The notes: a model not told the origin generated them from the letters alone. A stretch of DNA of 64,000 nt from Candidatus Syntropharchaeum caldarium (GCA_001766815.1 LYOS01000001.1:148998-212997), one strand, 5' to 3'; positions 51,625-62,309 are shown, numbered from the stretch's first letter. Numbers and translations are program-made.

Positions 51625-52752
51625 CTATATTTGATACAATTCAGTAGCTACAAGCGGCATGGGAGTTGTCAGACACGCATTACAGCGCTTCAACTGCTCC
51701 ATCCAGCCACCGTAGTTATTTTTCTTCTTCCTCAGGCTGAGTTTGCGAATCGCTTCGATACCCTTGTCATCAATCTCAGCTGTCTCGATTGCTCCTGCAC
51801 TTTCTGCAAATCTCACTGCATCTTCACCGCGCTTTGTACGAATTATGAGCGTTGTCCATCCATCCTCTGATCCAACAGAGCCAGCTGAGATGTCTGCAAG
51901 CTCAGATGCAAAGTCCATACAGACCCTGCACGAATCCCTGACCGCATGCTCGATCTCCTTCATCGGGATCTCAAGCTTCTCACTGGCAGTCTTGACCACG
52001 AACTTGCCCCTGTAAACATCGAACTTAACAACATCCCTGATCGCAATATCGTGTCTCAAAAGAAGCTCAACAAGCTCATCATAGTAGAAAGCCTCTGTGC
52101 AGAATAGCCCGATCATAAGCGTGACACGTTCACATCCAGCAGTGTAATCCGATCCCCGAAGTGCCTGAAGCATTCGCATCGCTTCGATGTTACACGGCAT
52201 TCCAACAAGCGCGATCTTTTCAAATCCTGCTCGCAAAGCCTGCCAGACACCTTTGATCGATGGGCAGACCGTGTATTTAGAGCCTGTGCTCATGATGATC
52301 TCGGCCGGGGTTTCTGCAACCTTTGGCTCAACTCTCCACTCATCTGTTCGATCTGCAACGACTGCTGCATCGATCTTTTCATCGGTGATCAATGCGCTTA
52401 GAATCGCAGTAACTACACCACCGCTCTGACCGTTCTCATGAATTTCCCTTTCTGTAGCCTTTGCTGCAATGATTCGGCTATGGTATCCTATCCCGAAGTA
52501 AGGACTTCCTTCAAAGTACTTCGGGGTGAGATCGCAACCACCGAAACCCTCTCTTGGACATGCGTTCTCACAGAGCCCGCAGCGAGAGAATGATTTGGGA
52601 CAGAAGCTGAAGCACGCTCCTCTGGATGTAAGGCCACCACAGCCCTTCTCAAGCATCACCTCATCTTCAAGGTACTGATCGAAGTCACTCACCACTTCAT
52701 AGCATGCACCGCAAAAGCAGCAGACAGGCAGACTCCTCTTATCACTCAACAT
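51625..52752 (-). CDS. Coenzyme F420 hydrogenase/dehydrogenase beta-subunit-like protein (FrhB/FdhB family) with N-terminal ferredoxin-like cysteines
   Basis: N-terminal CCFCGACYEV...CGLCENACP and FrhB-like core; 22-nt gap to the downstream GltB-like gene. Confidence 0.65.
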   Translation of the reverse strand: MLSDKRSLPVCCFCGACYEVVSDFDQYLEDEVMLEKGCGGLTSRGACFSFCPKSFSRCGLCENACPREGFGGCDLTPKYFEGSPYFGIGYHSRIIAAKATEREIHENGQSGGVVTAILSALITDEKIDAAVVADRTDEWRVEPKVAETPAEIIMSTGSKYTVCPSIKGVWQALRAGFEKIALVGMPCNIEAMRMLQALRGSDYTAGCERVTLMIGLFCTEAFYYDELVELLLRHDIAIRDVVKFDVYRGKFVVKTASEKLEIPMKEIEHAVRDSCRVCMDFASELADISAGSVGSEDGWTTLIIRTKRGEDAVRFAESAGAIETAEIDDKGIEAIRKLSLRKKKNNYGGWMEQLKRCNACLTTPMPLVATELYQI

Positions 52753-52923
52753 AGTATCATAGTAGGAAAGGCATTTCCGTATATAAGCTTTGTTGTTGGT
52801 GGGTGAGGATATACACTTTGTTGGATGTGAGACCTTATCCGCAATACTTTGAGGAGAACGAGCGGTTGTTTGGGATCTCTGTTAAAGATGAATATCGTGA
52901 GCCGATATCACTCACTATCGAGA

Positions 52924-54105
52924 TCAAAACCACCTGGTGAGTGCGTCATTCATGACCGCCTCGATATCTATTCCTGTGACATTGATCACGATGTATGCAC
53001 CAAGGAGTGTTCCGATGACACTTCCAATGTTTGCAAGGGCTGTAACAAGCAGGATTTTGAAGATCGGATTTCGTAAAAGCTCAGATGGTGTCTCGACATC
53101 GATCAATTCCTTCAGATCGCCGGTGGTAGGCGATCTTACCCATGCCTCAACAAGTCCTGCAAACCATCCTGCCGCAATCATCGGATTCAGCGATGTGATC
53201 CATGCAACAGCGAACGCGGTTAGGGCAGAGAGTGGATGTCCACGTGCGATCACAACACCTGTTGCTGAGAGAACTCCGTTTATAACGATCCAGTATCCGA
53301 GCGCAAGAAGCATAAGGTGCATTGAAACTCCTGATGTGATAATAATGACAAGTGTCAGCATCAAAAAGGCAAAGATCCCAAATCCAAACAACTTTCCAAT
53401 ATTGATCCGTTTCTTTGGAACTGTTTCAATCTCATCCATGCTCTTAATTGAGCTCGGATCTCGGAGGTGTCTCCTGATTCCATCAAGATGCCCTGCACCA
53501 ACAACAGCCACAATATTGCCCCGAAGATGCAGTAGCTGATTGGCGATATACGCATCCCGTTCATCGATCAGGACTTCTGCAGCTGAGGGGGAGTATCTTC
53601 TCAACTCTTCTATGAGCTGTGAAACAATATCTCCATCTGTGATACTATCAATCTCGATCTCTTCCTCCCCAATACCTACAATCGATTCAATGATTGCAAA
53701 GAGCATCTTTAGCTTCTCTCTGAACTTCATTTTACCCCAGAATCGTTGCATCGTAATCCTTATATCCCGATCAACGAGTGCAATCTGGATATTACGCTCT
53801 TCTGCTGCATCTATCGCTGCAAGCATCTCTGCGCCAGGTTCAACTCCAAGTTCACGCCCAATCTTTCGCTGGACGTACGCCATGAGATACTGCATCAGTA
53901 GAAGATAGACGTTCCCGCTTTTTATCACATCTTTTATCGATGTTTCCTCAACTTCCCCCTTGAGTGCCATGTAGCGTGCCTGGCAGAGTTCAACAGCGAC
54001 GACATCGGGCTTCAGTTCGTCTATTGCCTGCTGTACTTCTCGCACGCTCTTTTCAGATACATGTGCTGTTCCAACCAGTGTTATTTTTGTCTCTGGTTCA
54101 TCCAT
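52924..54105 (-). CDS. TraB/PrgY/GumN family protein with C-terminal TM helices
   Basis: ITLVGTAHVSEKS and VAVELC motifs. Confidence 0.7.
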   Translation of the reverse strand: MDEPETKITLVGTAHVSEKSVREVQQAIDELKPDVVAVELCQARYMALKGEVEETSIKDVIKSGNVYLLLMQYLMAYVQRKIGRELGVEPGAEMLAAIDAAEERNIQIALVDRDIRITMQRFWGKMKFREKLKMLFAIIESIVGIGEEEIEIDSITDGDIVSQLIEELRRYSPSAAEVLIDERDAYIANQLLHLRGNIVAVVGAGHLDGIRRHLRDPSSIKSMDEIETVPKKRINIGKLFGFGIFAFLMLTLVIIITSGVSMHLMLLALGYWIVINGVLSATGVVIARGHPLSALTAFAVAWITSLNPMIAAGWFAGLVEAWVRSPTTGDLKELIDVETPSELLRNPIFKILLVTALANIGSVIGTLLGAYIVINVTGIDIEAVMNDALTRWF

Positions 54106-54114
54106 CTTTTCATC

Positions 54115-55215
54115 TCACATCCTCAATATCTCGATTAATCGTATGAGGTCTGTCTTTGAGAGGATGCCAACGAGCATCCCATTTTTCACGACAAGAAGTC
54201 GTCCGACATTGTACTGGTTCATCAGCCGCAGAACATCAGCAGCAGACACATCTTCTGAGATCGTGATAAGATCTTTTGTCATTATGTCCCGCACCTTCAC
54301 CTCACCAAGTTTCTCCGGTGGCACTCTCTTGACATCTGTGAGACTCACAACACCGATTAGAGTCCCAAAATTATCAACAACCGGGTAACCTCGATGTCTA
54401 TCTGTCAGCACAAAATCGAGAAACTCCTGTGCGGTGATATCAGGTGAGACCGTCACAACATCTCTTGATATAATGTCTTTTATCCGTACCCCTTCGAGAA
54501 ACATCTGTATACTTGTTGCACTCTCTTCCTCTGAAGCAGCGATGTATATGAAGAATGCGATCAGGATCAACATCCATCCACCGTATATTAGTCCAAAAGT
54601 TCCCATCAATATCGCAAAGATTTTTCCGATCTGAACAGCCCGCCTTGTTGCATTGAGATAGGATGACCCCCGTGTTGCAAGATATGCTCGAAGTATTCTT
54701 CCTCCATCCATTGGAAATGCTGGCAGCAGGTTAAACGCTGCAAGAACGATATTAATATAACCCATCGCAAATGCAAGAATCCCAAAGCCATTCCACCAGA
54801 CATTACCGTGTATTGTACTGAAAGGTACATGGAGCATGAGAAAAGTCGATCCAATGAGGATACTTGTGATCGGCCCCGCAACAGCGATCCGTGATTCTAT
54901 CTTTGGATCTCTTGGAATCTCCTTCATCGATGCAATCCCACCAAAGATGAAGAGTGTGATTGACTCGATCACAACGCCATAACGCATCGCAACATAGGAG
55001 TGTGCAAGTTCATGTGCGATAACGCAGGCAAAGAGGATGAGTGTTGTGGTACTTGCAAGTATAAATCGTGCTACAGGTGGTTCGACCTCTGCAAACCCGA
55101 AAGGAGCAGGTTGATTCATGAATACCAGGATAAACGGTGGTAGAATCAGTAGAAATGTGATATGCAGTTTTATCGGTATTCCCATTGCCTTACCGATCTC
55201 AATTGATGTTCGCAT
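54115..55215 (-). CDS. Site-2 protease (M50 family) with tandem CBS domains
   Basis: HELAHS zinc motif in a TM helix; C-terminal CBS pair. Confidence 0.8.
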   Translation of the reverse strand: MRTSIEIGKAMGIPIKLHITFLLILPPFILVFMNQPAPFGFAEVEPPVARFILASTTTLILFACVIAHELAHSYVAMRYGVVIESITLFIFGGIASMKEIPRDPKIESRIAVAGPITSILIGSTFLMLHVPFSTIHGNVWWNGFGILAFAMGYINIVLAAFNLLPAFPMDGGRILRAYLATRGSSYLNATRRAVQIGKIFAILMGTFGLIYGGWMLILIAFFIYIAASEEESATSIQMFLEGVRIKDIISRDVVTVSPDITAQEFLDFVLTDRHRGYPVVDNFGTLIGVVSLTDVKRVPPEKLGEVKVRDIMTKDLITISEDVSAADVLRLMNQYNVGRLLVVKNGMLVGILSKTDLIRLIEILRM

Positions 55216-55277
55216 GCATTTTATATAATATCTGTACCTATTTAGCTTTAAGCTTCAATTTGATGCGTGGTACGAGA

Positions 55278-56279
55278 ATGAATGAGCGAATCATCTCGCC
55301 TGAAGAGAGATATGATCAGACCGATGAGATTAATCTCAGGCCGTGTAGACTGTCAGATTTCATCGGACAGGAGAAGGTGAAAGAACAGCTAAGGATATTC
55401 ATTGAGGCTGCAAAGGCGAGGAAGACTGTGCTTGACCATATCCTCTTTCATGGACCACCTGGTCTTGGGAAGACAACGCTTGCGCGAATCGTCGCAGAGG
55501 AGGTGGGTGTAAACATTCTCTCAACAAGTGGACCTGTGCTTGAGAAGGCGGGTGATCTTGCCGCGATCATAACAAACCTGGCTGAAGGCGATGTTCTTTT
55601 CATCGATGAGATTCACAGGCTCAATACAACGGTTGAGGAGATCCTGTATCCAGCTATGGAAGATTTCAAGCTCGATATTATAATTGGAAAAGGTCCTGGC
55701 GCTCGCTCAATAAAGCTAAACACGCCAAAATTTACGCTGGTTGGTGCAACCACAAAGACCGGGCTACTTTCATCACCCCTGCGGGATCGGTTTGGTGTCA
55801 TATCGAGGATGGAGTTCTATACACCTCTTGAACTTAAAAAGATCGTGGAGAATGCATCAGAGAGGCTTGGGATAAGGATTGAATCTGATGGTGCATACGA
55901 GATCGCAAATCGCTCAAGGGGTACGCCAAGAATTGCTCTGCGGTTACTGAAACGGGTTCGTGACTTTGCAGAGGTCAGGGGGAATGGTACCATTGATCAA
56001 GATATTGCTGATACAGCGCTCAGGATGCTTGGGGTCGATGAGCGAGGTTTTGATGAGACGGATCGGCTCATATTATCAACGATCATCGATAAATTTAGAG
56101 GGGGACCTGTTGGGCTTGATACAATCGCATCAGTGATAGGTGAAGATTCAAACACGATCGAGGATGTCTATGAACCATATCTACTCCAGCAGGGATTCAT
56201 AAACAGGACGCCACGTGGCAGGGTTGCAACGGATGATGCAAAGGAGTGGTGGAGTAAGACATTTTCATCGAAATTATAG
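55278..56279 (+). CDS. ruvB: Holliday junction branch-migration ATPase RuvB (bacterial-type)
   Basis: [63 protein letters not shown]; alternative start at 55263. Confidence 0.85.
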   Translation: MNERIISPEERYDQTDEINLRPCRLSDFIGQEKVKEQLRIFIEAAKARKTVLDHILFHGPPGLGKTTLARIVAEEVGVNILSTSGPVLEKAGDLAAIITNLAEGDVLFIDEIHRLNTTVEEILYPAMEDFKLDIIIGKGPGARSIKLNTPKFTLVGATTKTGLLSSPLRDRFGVISRMEFYTPLELKKIVENASERLGIRIESDGAYEIANRSRGTPRIALRLLKRVRDFAEVRGNGTIDQDIADTALRMLGVDERGFDETDRLILSTIIDKFRGGPVGLDTIASVIGEDSNTIEDVYEPYLLQQGFINRTPRGRVATDDAKEWWSKTFSSKL

Positions 56280-56287
56280 CCCGTTGG

Positions 56288-56857
56288 TCATCGAGACTCT
56301 AATAACCATCTGTAGTATCTGCGCTGAAAAAAAGAGGTGTGCTCAGGTCGAAGACCAAAGAACTTCAAGATATTGTATAAAAATCGAATATGCGGCTTGA
56401 AGGCCATGTCAGCATTCTCAGCAAGATCATCCGCAGGGAGATTCAAACCATGTAAGAGTTCGTGCACGATACGCAGCTCGAGCAAACCAATTTTTTCGTC
56501 ACCGGTGACGATTATACTTATCATATCATCCGTATTCGATTGAGAATCTGGGCCACTGATCGCCCCACCTGCATAACTCGATATCTCATCTATGTGCTGA
56601 TGATAGTCCATGATGAAGATCTTCCCAGGTTCAGCAGGCATAATTATCGCCCATCGTTTTCCATCTTCATCCTCAAAATCCACCAATCGATGAGGCTCAT
56701 TCAGAACATTTTCGACGCTGACCGGGTTCGTAACAGCATTTTCCCACTCATCGACTCTCCAATTTTCTGAAACACGCCTTAAAGCCTTTGAAACTAATTC
56801 TTGAATGCTGCTTTCAATTACAATCTTCATCTGCGATGCACCATCTGATATTTGCAC
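56288..56857 (-). CDS. Hypothetical protein with HExxH motif
   Basis: 189 aa acidic protein containing IVHELLHGL. Confidence 0.35.
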   Translation of the reverse strand: MQISDGASQMKIVIESSIQELVSKALRRVSENWRVDEWENAVTNPVSVENVLNEPHRLVDFEDEDGKRWAIIMPAEPGKIFIMDYHQHIDEISSYAGGAISGPDSQSNTDDMISIIVTGDEKIGLLELRIVHELLHGLNLPADDLAENADMAFKPHIRFLYNILKFFGLRPEHTSFFQRRYYRWLLESR

Positions 56858-56862
56858 TGTCC

Positions 56863-57735
56863 TTAGCTCGCTCCGCCTTTCCCTGGTTTACCCCCATCTC
56901 GATATGGAAGCGGGACATACTCGACGCTCGGACGCCTGCCTGGTGGCTGTGGGTAGAGCTCCATCAGTGCATACACCTCTTCGGGCAGCCCATCTCTTAC
57001 TGGGATTCCCAGTTCTTTTGCGTGTTCAAGCGTTATCGGGTAGTCATGCGTCCACTTTCCGGTCGTGAGTGCATCTGCGATCTCTTCTGCACGGGCTTCA
57101 CCCACTCGATCAAGTATGAGATCTCGGACAAAGTCATGAACCTGCTTCAGTGCCTTCCTCGATACATCGGCAAGGATCAGCGTCTCATCATCTATCTCAT
57201 TCTTATCCTTCTCATCGATGACTGTAAGAATCGATGCTGCGGGGTACTTTCCAAGTTGCGGATCCACAGGACCCAACACCGCGTTCTCATCCATTATGAC
57301 CTCATCAGCCGCCAGTGCAAGAAGCGTTCCGCCAGACATTGCATAATGGGGCACGAAGACCCTCACCGGGGCGTTATGTTTCCTGAGTGCAAATGCGATC
57401 TGTTCTGCTGCAAGCACCAGTCCCCCAGGGGTGTGCAGGATCAGATCTATCGGCATATCATCGGGTGTTAACCTTATCGCACGAAGCACCTGCTCTGAAT
57501 CCTCTATATCGATATACTTAAAAATTGGAAATCCAAGAAAAGCCATCGCCTCCTGACGATGAATCAGCGTGATTATCCTCGACTTTCTCTTCTTTTCCAT
57601 CGATCGTATCAGATTGAGCCGTGCAACATCGAGCATCTTCTGCTTAAAAAGTGGCATAAGCATGGCAAACATCAGAAATATCCAGAACAGGCTTCCTATG
57701 TTACCGATCAAATCTTCGTTTACCACAGATCTCAT
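56863..57735 (-). CDS. ClpP-fold (SDH-family) membrane-associated serine protease
   Basis: N-terminal TM helix; LHTPGG and AMSGGT motifs. Confidence 0.6.
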   Translation of the reverse strand: MRSVVNEDLIGNIGSLFWIFLMFAMLMPLFKQKMLDVARLNLIRSMEKKRKSRIITLIHRQEAMAFLGFPIFKYIDIEDSEQVLRAIRLTPDDMPIDLILHTPGGLVLAAEQIAFALRKHNAPVRVFVPHYAMSGGTLLALAADEVIMDENAVLGPVDPQLGKYPAASILTVIDEKDKNEIDDETLILADVSRKALKQVHDFVRDLILDRVGEARAEEIADALTTGKWTHDYPITLEHAKELGIPVRDGLPEEVYALMELYPQPPGRRPSVEYVPLPYRDGGKPGKGGAS

Positions 57736-57779
57736 CTCACGTTATTCCTATATAAGATTGCCGACTATAATAGAGGTGG

Positions 57780-58427
57780 ATGGATGCGCCCTATACGTTC
57801 TTACTCACGTCATTCACCGCAATCTTCGTCATCGTCAATCCCATCGGGAATGTCATGGTATTTCTCTCCCTGACTGAAGATAATGATCCGGGTGAGAGGA
57901 AACAGATCGCAAAGAGGACCGCGATATTCGGATCCCTCGTTCTCCTGATCTTTGCGATATTTGGCAATTATATCCTCTCTTTCTTCCAGATCACGATTGA
58001 TTCACTCCGTGTTATCGGCGGAATACTGATACTCTCGATCGCAATGGATATGATGCACGGAAAAATGTCAAGAGAAGGGCATACACCAGAAGAGGTTGAA
58101 GAATCTGGTGAACGGGATGATATATCTTTCTTTCCAATGGCAGTCCCGATGCTTGCAGGACCTGGCGCGATAACGACCGCAATCATCCTGATGAACAACG
58201 CAGCAACGGTACCTTTCAAGTTAACCGTCCTGATCTCGATCATTCTCGTCTTTCTGATATGCTGGTTTCTCTTCTGTCTCTCTGAAAGCATCCATCGCGT
58301 GCTCGGCGTGACAGGGAGCATGGTAATAACAAGAATGATGGGACTCATCCTGGGTGCGATAGCAGTTCAATTCATCACAACCGGACTGTGGAATATCTAC
58401 CTGATGCTTCAGGGGAATATTGGGTGA
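57780..58427 (+). CDS. MarC-family integral membrane protein (UPF0056)
   Basis: Six-TM protein with N-terminal FVIVNPIGN motif. Confidence 0.75.
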   Translation: MDAPYTFLLTSFTAIFVIVNPIGNVMVFLSLTEDNDPGERKQIAKRTAIFGSLVLLIFAIFGNYILSFFQITIDSLRVIGGILILSIAMDMMHGKMSREGHTPEEVEESGERDDISFFPMAVPMLAGPGAITTAIILMNNAATVPFKLTVLISIILVFLICWFLFCLSESIHRVLGVTGSMVITRMMGLILGAIAVQFITTGLWNIYLMLQGNIG

Positions 58428-58448
58428 GACCATGAGAGAGATCTGACT

Positions 58449-58982
58449 TTATTCTATTACAATCTCAATAATCTTACCCTGTATAACCGCGGCAATAATC
58501 ATATAAATTGTCAGCAACACCACGAACATAAACCCAAAATAATAGATCATCAGCGGCAATAGCGGAATTTTAATAGCCCTGCTATAAATAAAAGCTGCAA
58601 TCAAGCCGATCCGCATTCCATGATTCCGAAGATCTTTCAATAGCGGATACCAGACATAGACGGGTCCGTGGCTGAGGATCCCTGCGGATATGGATAACAA
58701 CCACCCTTTGATTCCGGATCCTTCCCCCACGTACTTTCTGATGGTTTTTGGATTGACGATATAATTCATGATCCCCATAAAAAATATTACAAGTAGTATT
58801 ACTGGGACGATCTCGATGAGTAAAGTTTCACTTGATTTGAGCGATTTTATCACGTTATCGGGCTCAATGAAAGCAAGAACAATGTATAAACATACAACAA
58901 AGATCAGGAAGTACACGCCATGATATTTATCCTTTCTTTCTTCTTTTTTTCCTATTTTCCCCATCTCTTTCTCGCCCTTCAC
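58449..58982 (-). CDS. Predicted permease, C-terminal half of a two-gene (split) permease
   Basis: Four TM helices; 4-nt overlap with the upstream half. Confidence 0.5.
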   Translation of the reverse strand: MKGEKEMGKIGKKEERKDKYHGVYFLIFVVCLYIVLAFIEPDNVIKSLKSSETLLIEIVPVILLVIFFMGIMNYIVNPKTIRKYVGEGSGIKGWLLSISAGILSHGPVYVWYPLLKDLRNHGMRIGLIAAFIYSRAIKIPLLPLMIYYFGFMFVVLLTIYMIIAAVIQGKIIEIVIE

Positions 58983-59437
58983 CGGATCACCATCAATGTC
59001 ATAACAGTTGCTATTGAAACGAATATAGCGAAAATAAAACTCAAAATATTTCTAAAAATGGCAAACCGCTTTCCAAGAATCGCCACCTCTGCTGGAAGCT
59101 GGACCAAACCAACCGTGACCCACGCAATGATGAATGCTGTTACCGCAAAGAGGCTGACACCATCTTTTAGAAGTTCTCCTCCTATTATATAACTCATGAT
59201 AGCGTTTCCAGCCGAGATGCTACCGATAAGTGCACCGATAACAGTATCTCCTGATAGATTTCCTGTGAATACAGACGTGATCATCTGAGCTGTGACAAAG
59301 GTTTTGAAAAGACCCAAAAGTAGTATGACACCAAACAATATTGGAAGCTCTTTTGTGAAACTTCTGAATGTTTTGTAGAAGGAAGTTACGATATTTTTCT
59401 CATCCTTTTTACCAGCGTTTTGTTCTGCTTTACTCAT
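58979..59437 (-). CDS. Predicted permease, N-terminal half (DUF318-like)
   Basis: Four TM helices. Confidence 0.5.
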   Translation of the reverse strand: MSKAEQNAGKKDEKNIVTSFYKTFRSFTKELPILFGVILLLGLFKTFVTAQMITSVFTGNLSGDTVIGALIGSISAGNAIMSYIIGGELLKDGVSLFAVTAFIIAWVTVGLVQLPAEVAILGKRFAIFRNILSFIFAIFVSIATVMTLMVIR

Positions 59438-59493
59438 ACATCAAAATCTCCAAAAGCTCTACGATCTTTGCATAGATAAAGACTTCTAATTAT

Positions 59494-59511
59494 TTACCGT
59501 ACGTACGGTAA
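59494..59511. promoter_or_regulatory. Perfect 18-bp palindrome, candidate operator upstream of the split permease
   Basis: TTACCGTACGTACGGTAA equals its own reverse complement; lies about 57-74 bp upstream of the permease start at 59437. Confidence 0.35.
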
Positions 59512-59645
59512 GCAGAATGTTAATAAAAAATCTGAGGTATGTTTATAGTCAAAAACCTAACTTTGCAAACTAAGTTGCGATGAGAAATGCCAATATTTGT
59601 CTTTTGGGATTCTACTGTCCTCGATATCGTTACCAATTTAATCAT

Positions 59646-60296
59646 TCAAATATCTTTGATTATTTCTTTCAACGCCAAATCCCCCCTCAAAACCTTCTCA
59701 GCCCTCCCCTCACTCAAACCAGCACCCATCAAGATCTTCCTGGCAAACAGATCATCGATCATATCCTCAGGTGCATGTGCATCCGTATTTAAAACCAGCT
59801 CTGCCCCAACCTCCTCTGCAAGCCTCACAACGTGCCCATTTGCGATGTTATGCCCACATCTGGCTGAGACCTCAAGAAGGATTCCCATATCCTTTGCAAG
59901 TTCAACATCCTCTCTCGCAATCAAACCAGGATGAGCGAGTATGTCAACATCCTCTGACAAAATGGATGCATGATTCGTACCCTCACAAACAGGCTCTGCA
60001 AGGGTTTCACCGTGAGCAACAACGATCTCTGCACCCAGGCGTTTTGCCATTGATGCGATCTTTCCGATCTTTTGAGGTGGGATGTGCGTCAGCTCAACGC
60101 CAGCTACAACCTCAATCTCCCACTCATTCTCACGCTTTGCCTTAAGTCCCGCCTCAACCACATACTCGATATTTGAGAAATCAACATGATCCGCGATCCC
60201 GATTACCGTATAACCTTTAACTAACGCACGTCTGAAGTGTTCGCTCGGTACAAGCTCACCATCACTAAGTAGCGTGTGTGTATGAAGGTCAATCAT
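59646..60296 (-). CDS. PHP-domain (polymerase/histidinol-phosphatase-like) metal-dependent phosphoesterase
   Basis: MIDLHTHT and IGIADH motifs. Confidence 0.6.
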   Translation of the reverse strand: MIDLHTHTLLSDGELVPSEHFRRALVKGYTVIGIADHVDFSNIEYVVEAGLKAKRENEWEIEVVAGVELTHIPPQKIGKIASMAKRLGAEIVVAHGETLAEPVCEGTNHASILSEDVDILAHPGLIAREDVELAKDMGILLEVSARCGHNIANGHVVRLAEEVGAELVLNTDAHAPEDMIDDLFARKILMGAGLSEGRAEKVLRGDLALKEIIKDI

Positions 60297-61164
60297 AATT
60301 TACACCTCTTCCATTTTGCAATACGATCTCACCAACCTCTTTTCCTGTAATCCTTGCTATAACAGAACACTTGACAACGAAGAGGAAGAATACATGCTCA
60401 TCATGGATATGTCCCGCGATCGACTCAAAATTTCCCTGACCCTTGCTGATCACAAGATCAGAGGATCTGAACTCATCTACAAATGCATCAGAGCAGTATC
60501 TCAGGCCCTCCCCTGGACTTCCAGCACCGGTTGTTATAACCTCTGCAAACGCATCCATTCCTGCAAACTCGGCGTCTTCAAGCATCGCATCATTCAGGAT
60601 CGGGCGTTCTTTCACAGCAAACTTGAGTTTGATCCCATCAAGCTTTGAAAGTTCCTCTACAAGCAATCGATCGAAGAAGATCTCACCTGCGTTATCTGCG
60701 ATATATAGCACTTTCTTTGATGATTCAAGCCTCTCGAGAAATCGTTCGAGCTCACCATCCTTAAAATCCGCTTCCATTACCCTTTTGATCGTCCCGTTAA
60801 CATCAAAGCTCGAAGCAGCCCCAAAATCGATGATATTCCCTGCTATTGCAAGCCTGGTGGCTGCTTCAAGCTGGTTGTCTCCACCTTCAACGATTCGCTT
60901 GAACTTTGGATACATCTTCTTTGCGATCCTGTTTGATCTTCGCTTGAGTTCGATGTAGGGATCATCGCATCCTGTGAGATCCTCGATCACACGGTAGATC
61001 AATGGGGCAACCTCAGGAGGTGATCTCGTGGTCCCGACCTCTGATAGCTTAAGAAGCACTCTTTTTATGATTTCTTCTCTGAGGTGGTCATCTGTTGTAA
61101 CGATCTGTGCACACCTTACAGCCTGATCGAGAAAACAGGGAACACACTCGATGTACGACTTCAT
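60289..61164 (-). CDS. DUF89-family (damage-control phosphatase ARMT1-like) protein
   Basis: N-terminal ECVPCFL motif and DNAGE / GQGN-like C-terminal motifs. Confidence 0.65.
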   Translation of the reverse strand: MKSYIECVPCFLDQAVRCAQIVTTDDHLREEIIKRVLLKLSEVGTTRSPPEVAPLIYRVIEDLTGCDDPYIELKRRSNRIAKKMYPKFKRIVEGGDNQLEAATRLAIAGNIIDFGAASSFDVNGTIKRVMEADFKDGELERFLERLESSKKVLYIADNAGEIFFDRLLVEELSKLDGIKLKFAVKERPILNDAMLEDAEFAGMDAFAEVITTGAGSPGEGLRYCSDAFVDEFRSSDLVISKGQGNFESIAGHIHDEHVFFLFVVKCSVIARITGKEVGEIVLQNGRGVNYD

Positions 61165-62303
61165 TTCTCAATTATTGTCTCCTCGATCTTCATCCCGAAG
61201 TGTCTTCCACTCTCTTCAAGGTGTACAAGCACCTCATCTCCAACCTTAATATCCGCAACTGAGATCGGTGTGCCGTCAGGTGCAACGAGTTTTATCGTCT
61301 CTGCGTTCTGGAGGATCGTATTCAACCGCCGCTTCCCGACCTCCGCCTCGATCAATATCAACGGACGCTTCTCAATCTTGACGCGCCCAACAATTGCATT
61401 CTTTGTCCCGCCATCACGATCAACCACCATCACATCATCACCTGACTGGAGTTCTGCAAGGTAGCGGGTCTTCTCGCCTACAAGCACATAGGCATGTACC
61501 GCTCCTGCGTTCACCCTGAAAGGGCGTGATGCAACATACGGGCTCTCTTCAGTCTCTGCATGAACCAGAAAGAATGCATCAGCAGCAGAGCCAATCAACA
61601 TCCCCTCTCCAAGTTTCATCATGCTGCACGTGTCGACACAGACACGATCCCCCATCCCAAGCTGCTTCACATTGATGACCTTTGCAGCAAGAAGTGGTAG
61701 ACGTTCTCTACCCACCTCCTCCACCACACTCATAACTTTTTTAACCTCGGACGGGTCATCAGCATCAAGAAGTATCCCATCTGCACCGTGCTCAAGCGTC
61801 TCAAGAGCAAGTTTAGCCTCTTTAGCATCCTTCACCCCTGCGATGATCCTGCAATCATAGTCCTGAAGCTCCGCGATGAGGTTCTCAAGAGGGATTACCT
61901 TCCAGTCTGTCCCAATCACGATCAGGTAATCAGAAGCCTTTGCAAGCTCGGCTGCAAGCCGTTCATAATCCTTGTTCTTGATTATAACAAAAGATGCAGT
62001 GGTGTACTTCTCCTTTGAAAGTTCTCTGAGTGTATCAAGATCCTTTGACGCTGACAGATCTTCTGGAAGCTCTATGGTGCCGTCACCTTCTCCTTTTCTC
62101 CCAACAACGATGACATCAGCGTGAGGACTGTCACCAAAGGCTGCAACCCTGATCTTTCCAAGTTCACGCACCTTCTCAACATCACTCTCCTCTACAAGGA
62201 CACAGTCAACCCCTGATTCAAGTGCAGTTGTAATTCTGGGCTTCTTATCTACTTCCCACGCCCCTTCATCTGCTTTTATCCATACCTCTTTCTTTCCTGA
62301 CAT
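61161..62303 (-). CDS. 3-dehydroquinate synthase II (archaeal-type)
   Basis: N-terminal KEVWIKADEGAWEVDKKPRITTALESGVDCVLV pattern and size (~380 aa). Confidence 0.55.
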   Translation of the reverse strand: MSGKKEVWIKADEGAWEVDKKPRITTALESGVDCVLVEESDVEKVRELGKIRVAAFGDSPHADVIVVGRKGEGDGTIELPEDLSASKDLDTLRELSKEKYTTASFVIIKNKDYERLAAELAKASDYLIVIGTDWKVIPLENLIAELQDYDCRIIAGVKDAKEAKLALETLEHGADGILLDADDPSEVKKVMSVVEEVGRERLPLLAAKVINVKQLGMGDRVCVDTCSMMKLGEGMLIGSAADAFFLVHAETEESPYVASRPFRVNAGAVHAYVLVGEKTRYLAELQSGDDVMVVDRDGGTKNAIVGRVKIEKRPLILIEAEVGKRRLNTILQNAETIKLVAPDGTPISVADIKVGDEVLVHLEESGRHFGMKIEETIIEK

Positions 62304-62309
62304 AACTGA

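Noticed and set aside
52937-53908. 200-aa and 122-aa ORFs antisense to the TraB-family gene
   Set aside because: Low-complexity Ser/Ile-rich translations within a well-supported gene on the other strand.
59580-59934. Two overlapping + strand ORFs (70 and 115 aa)
   Set aside because: They lie antisense to the PHP-domain gene and have low-complexity, motif-free translations.
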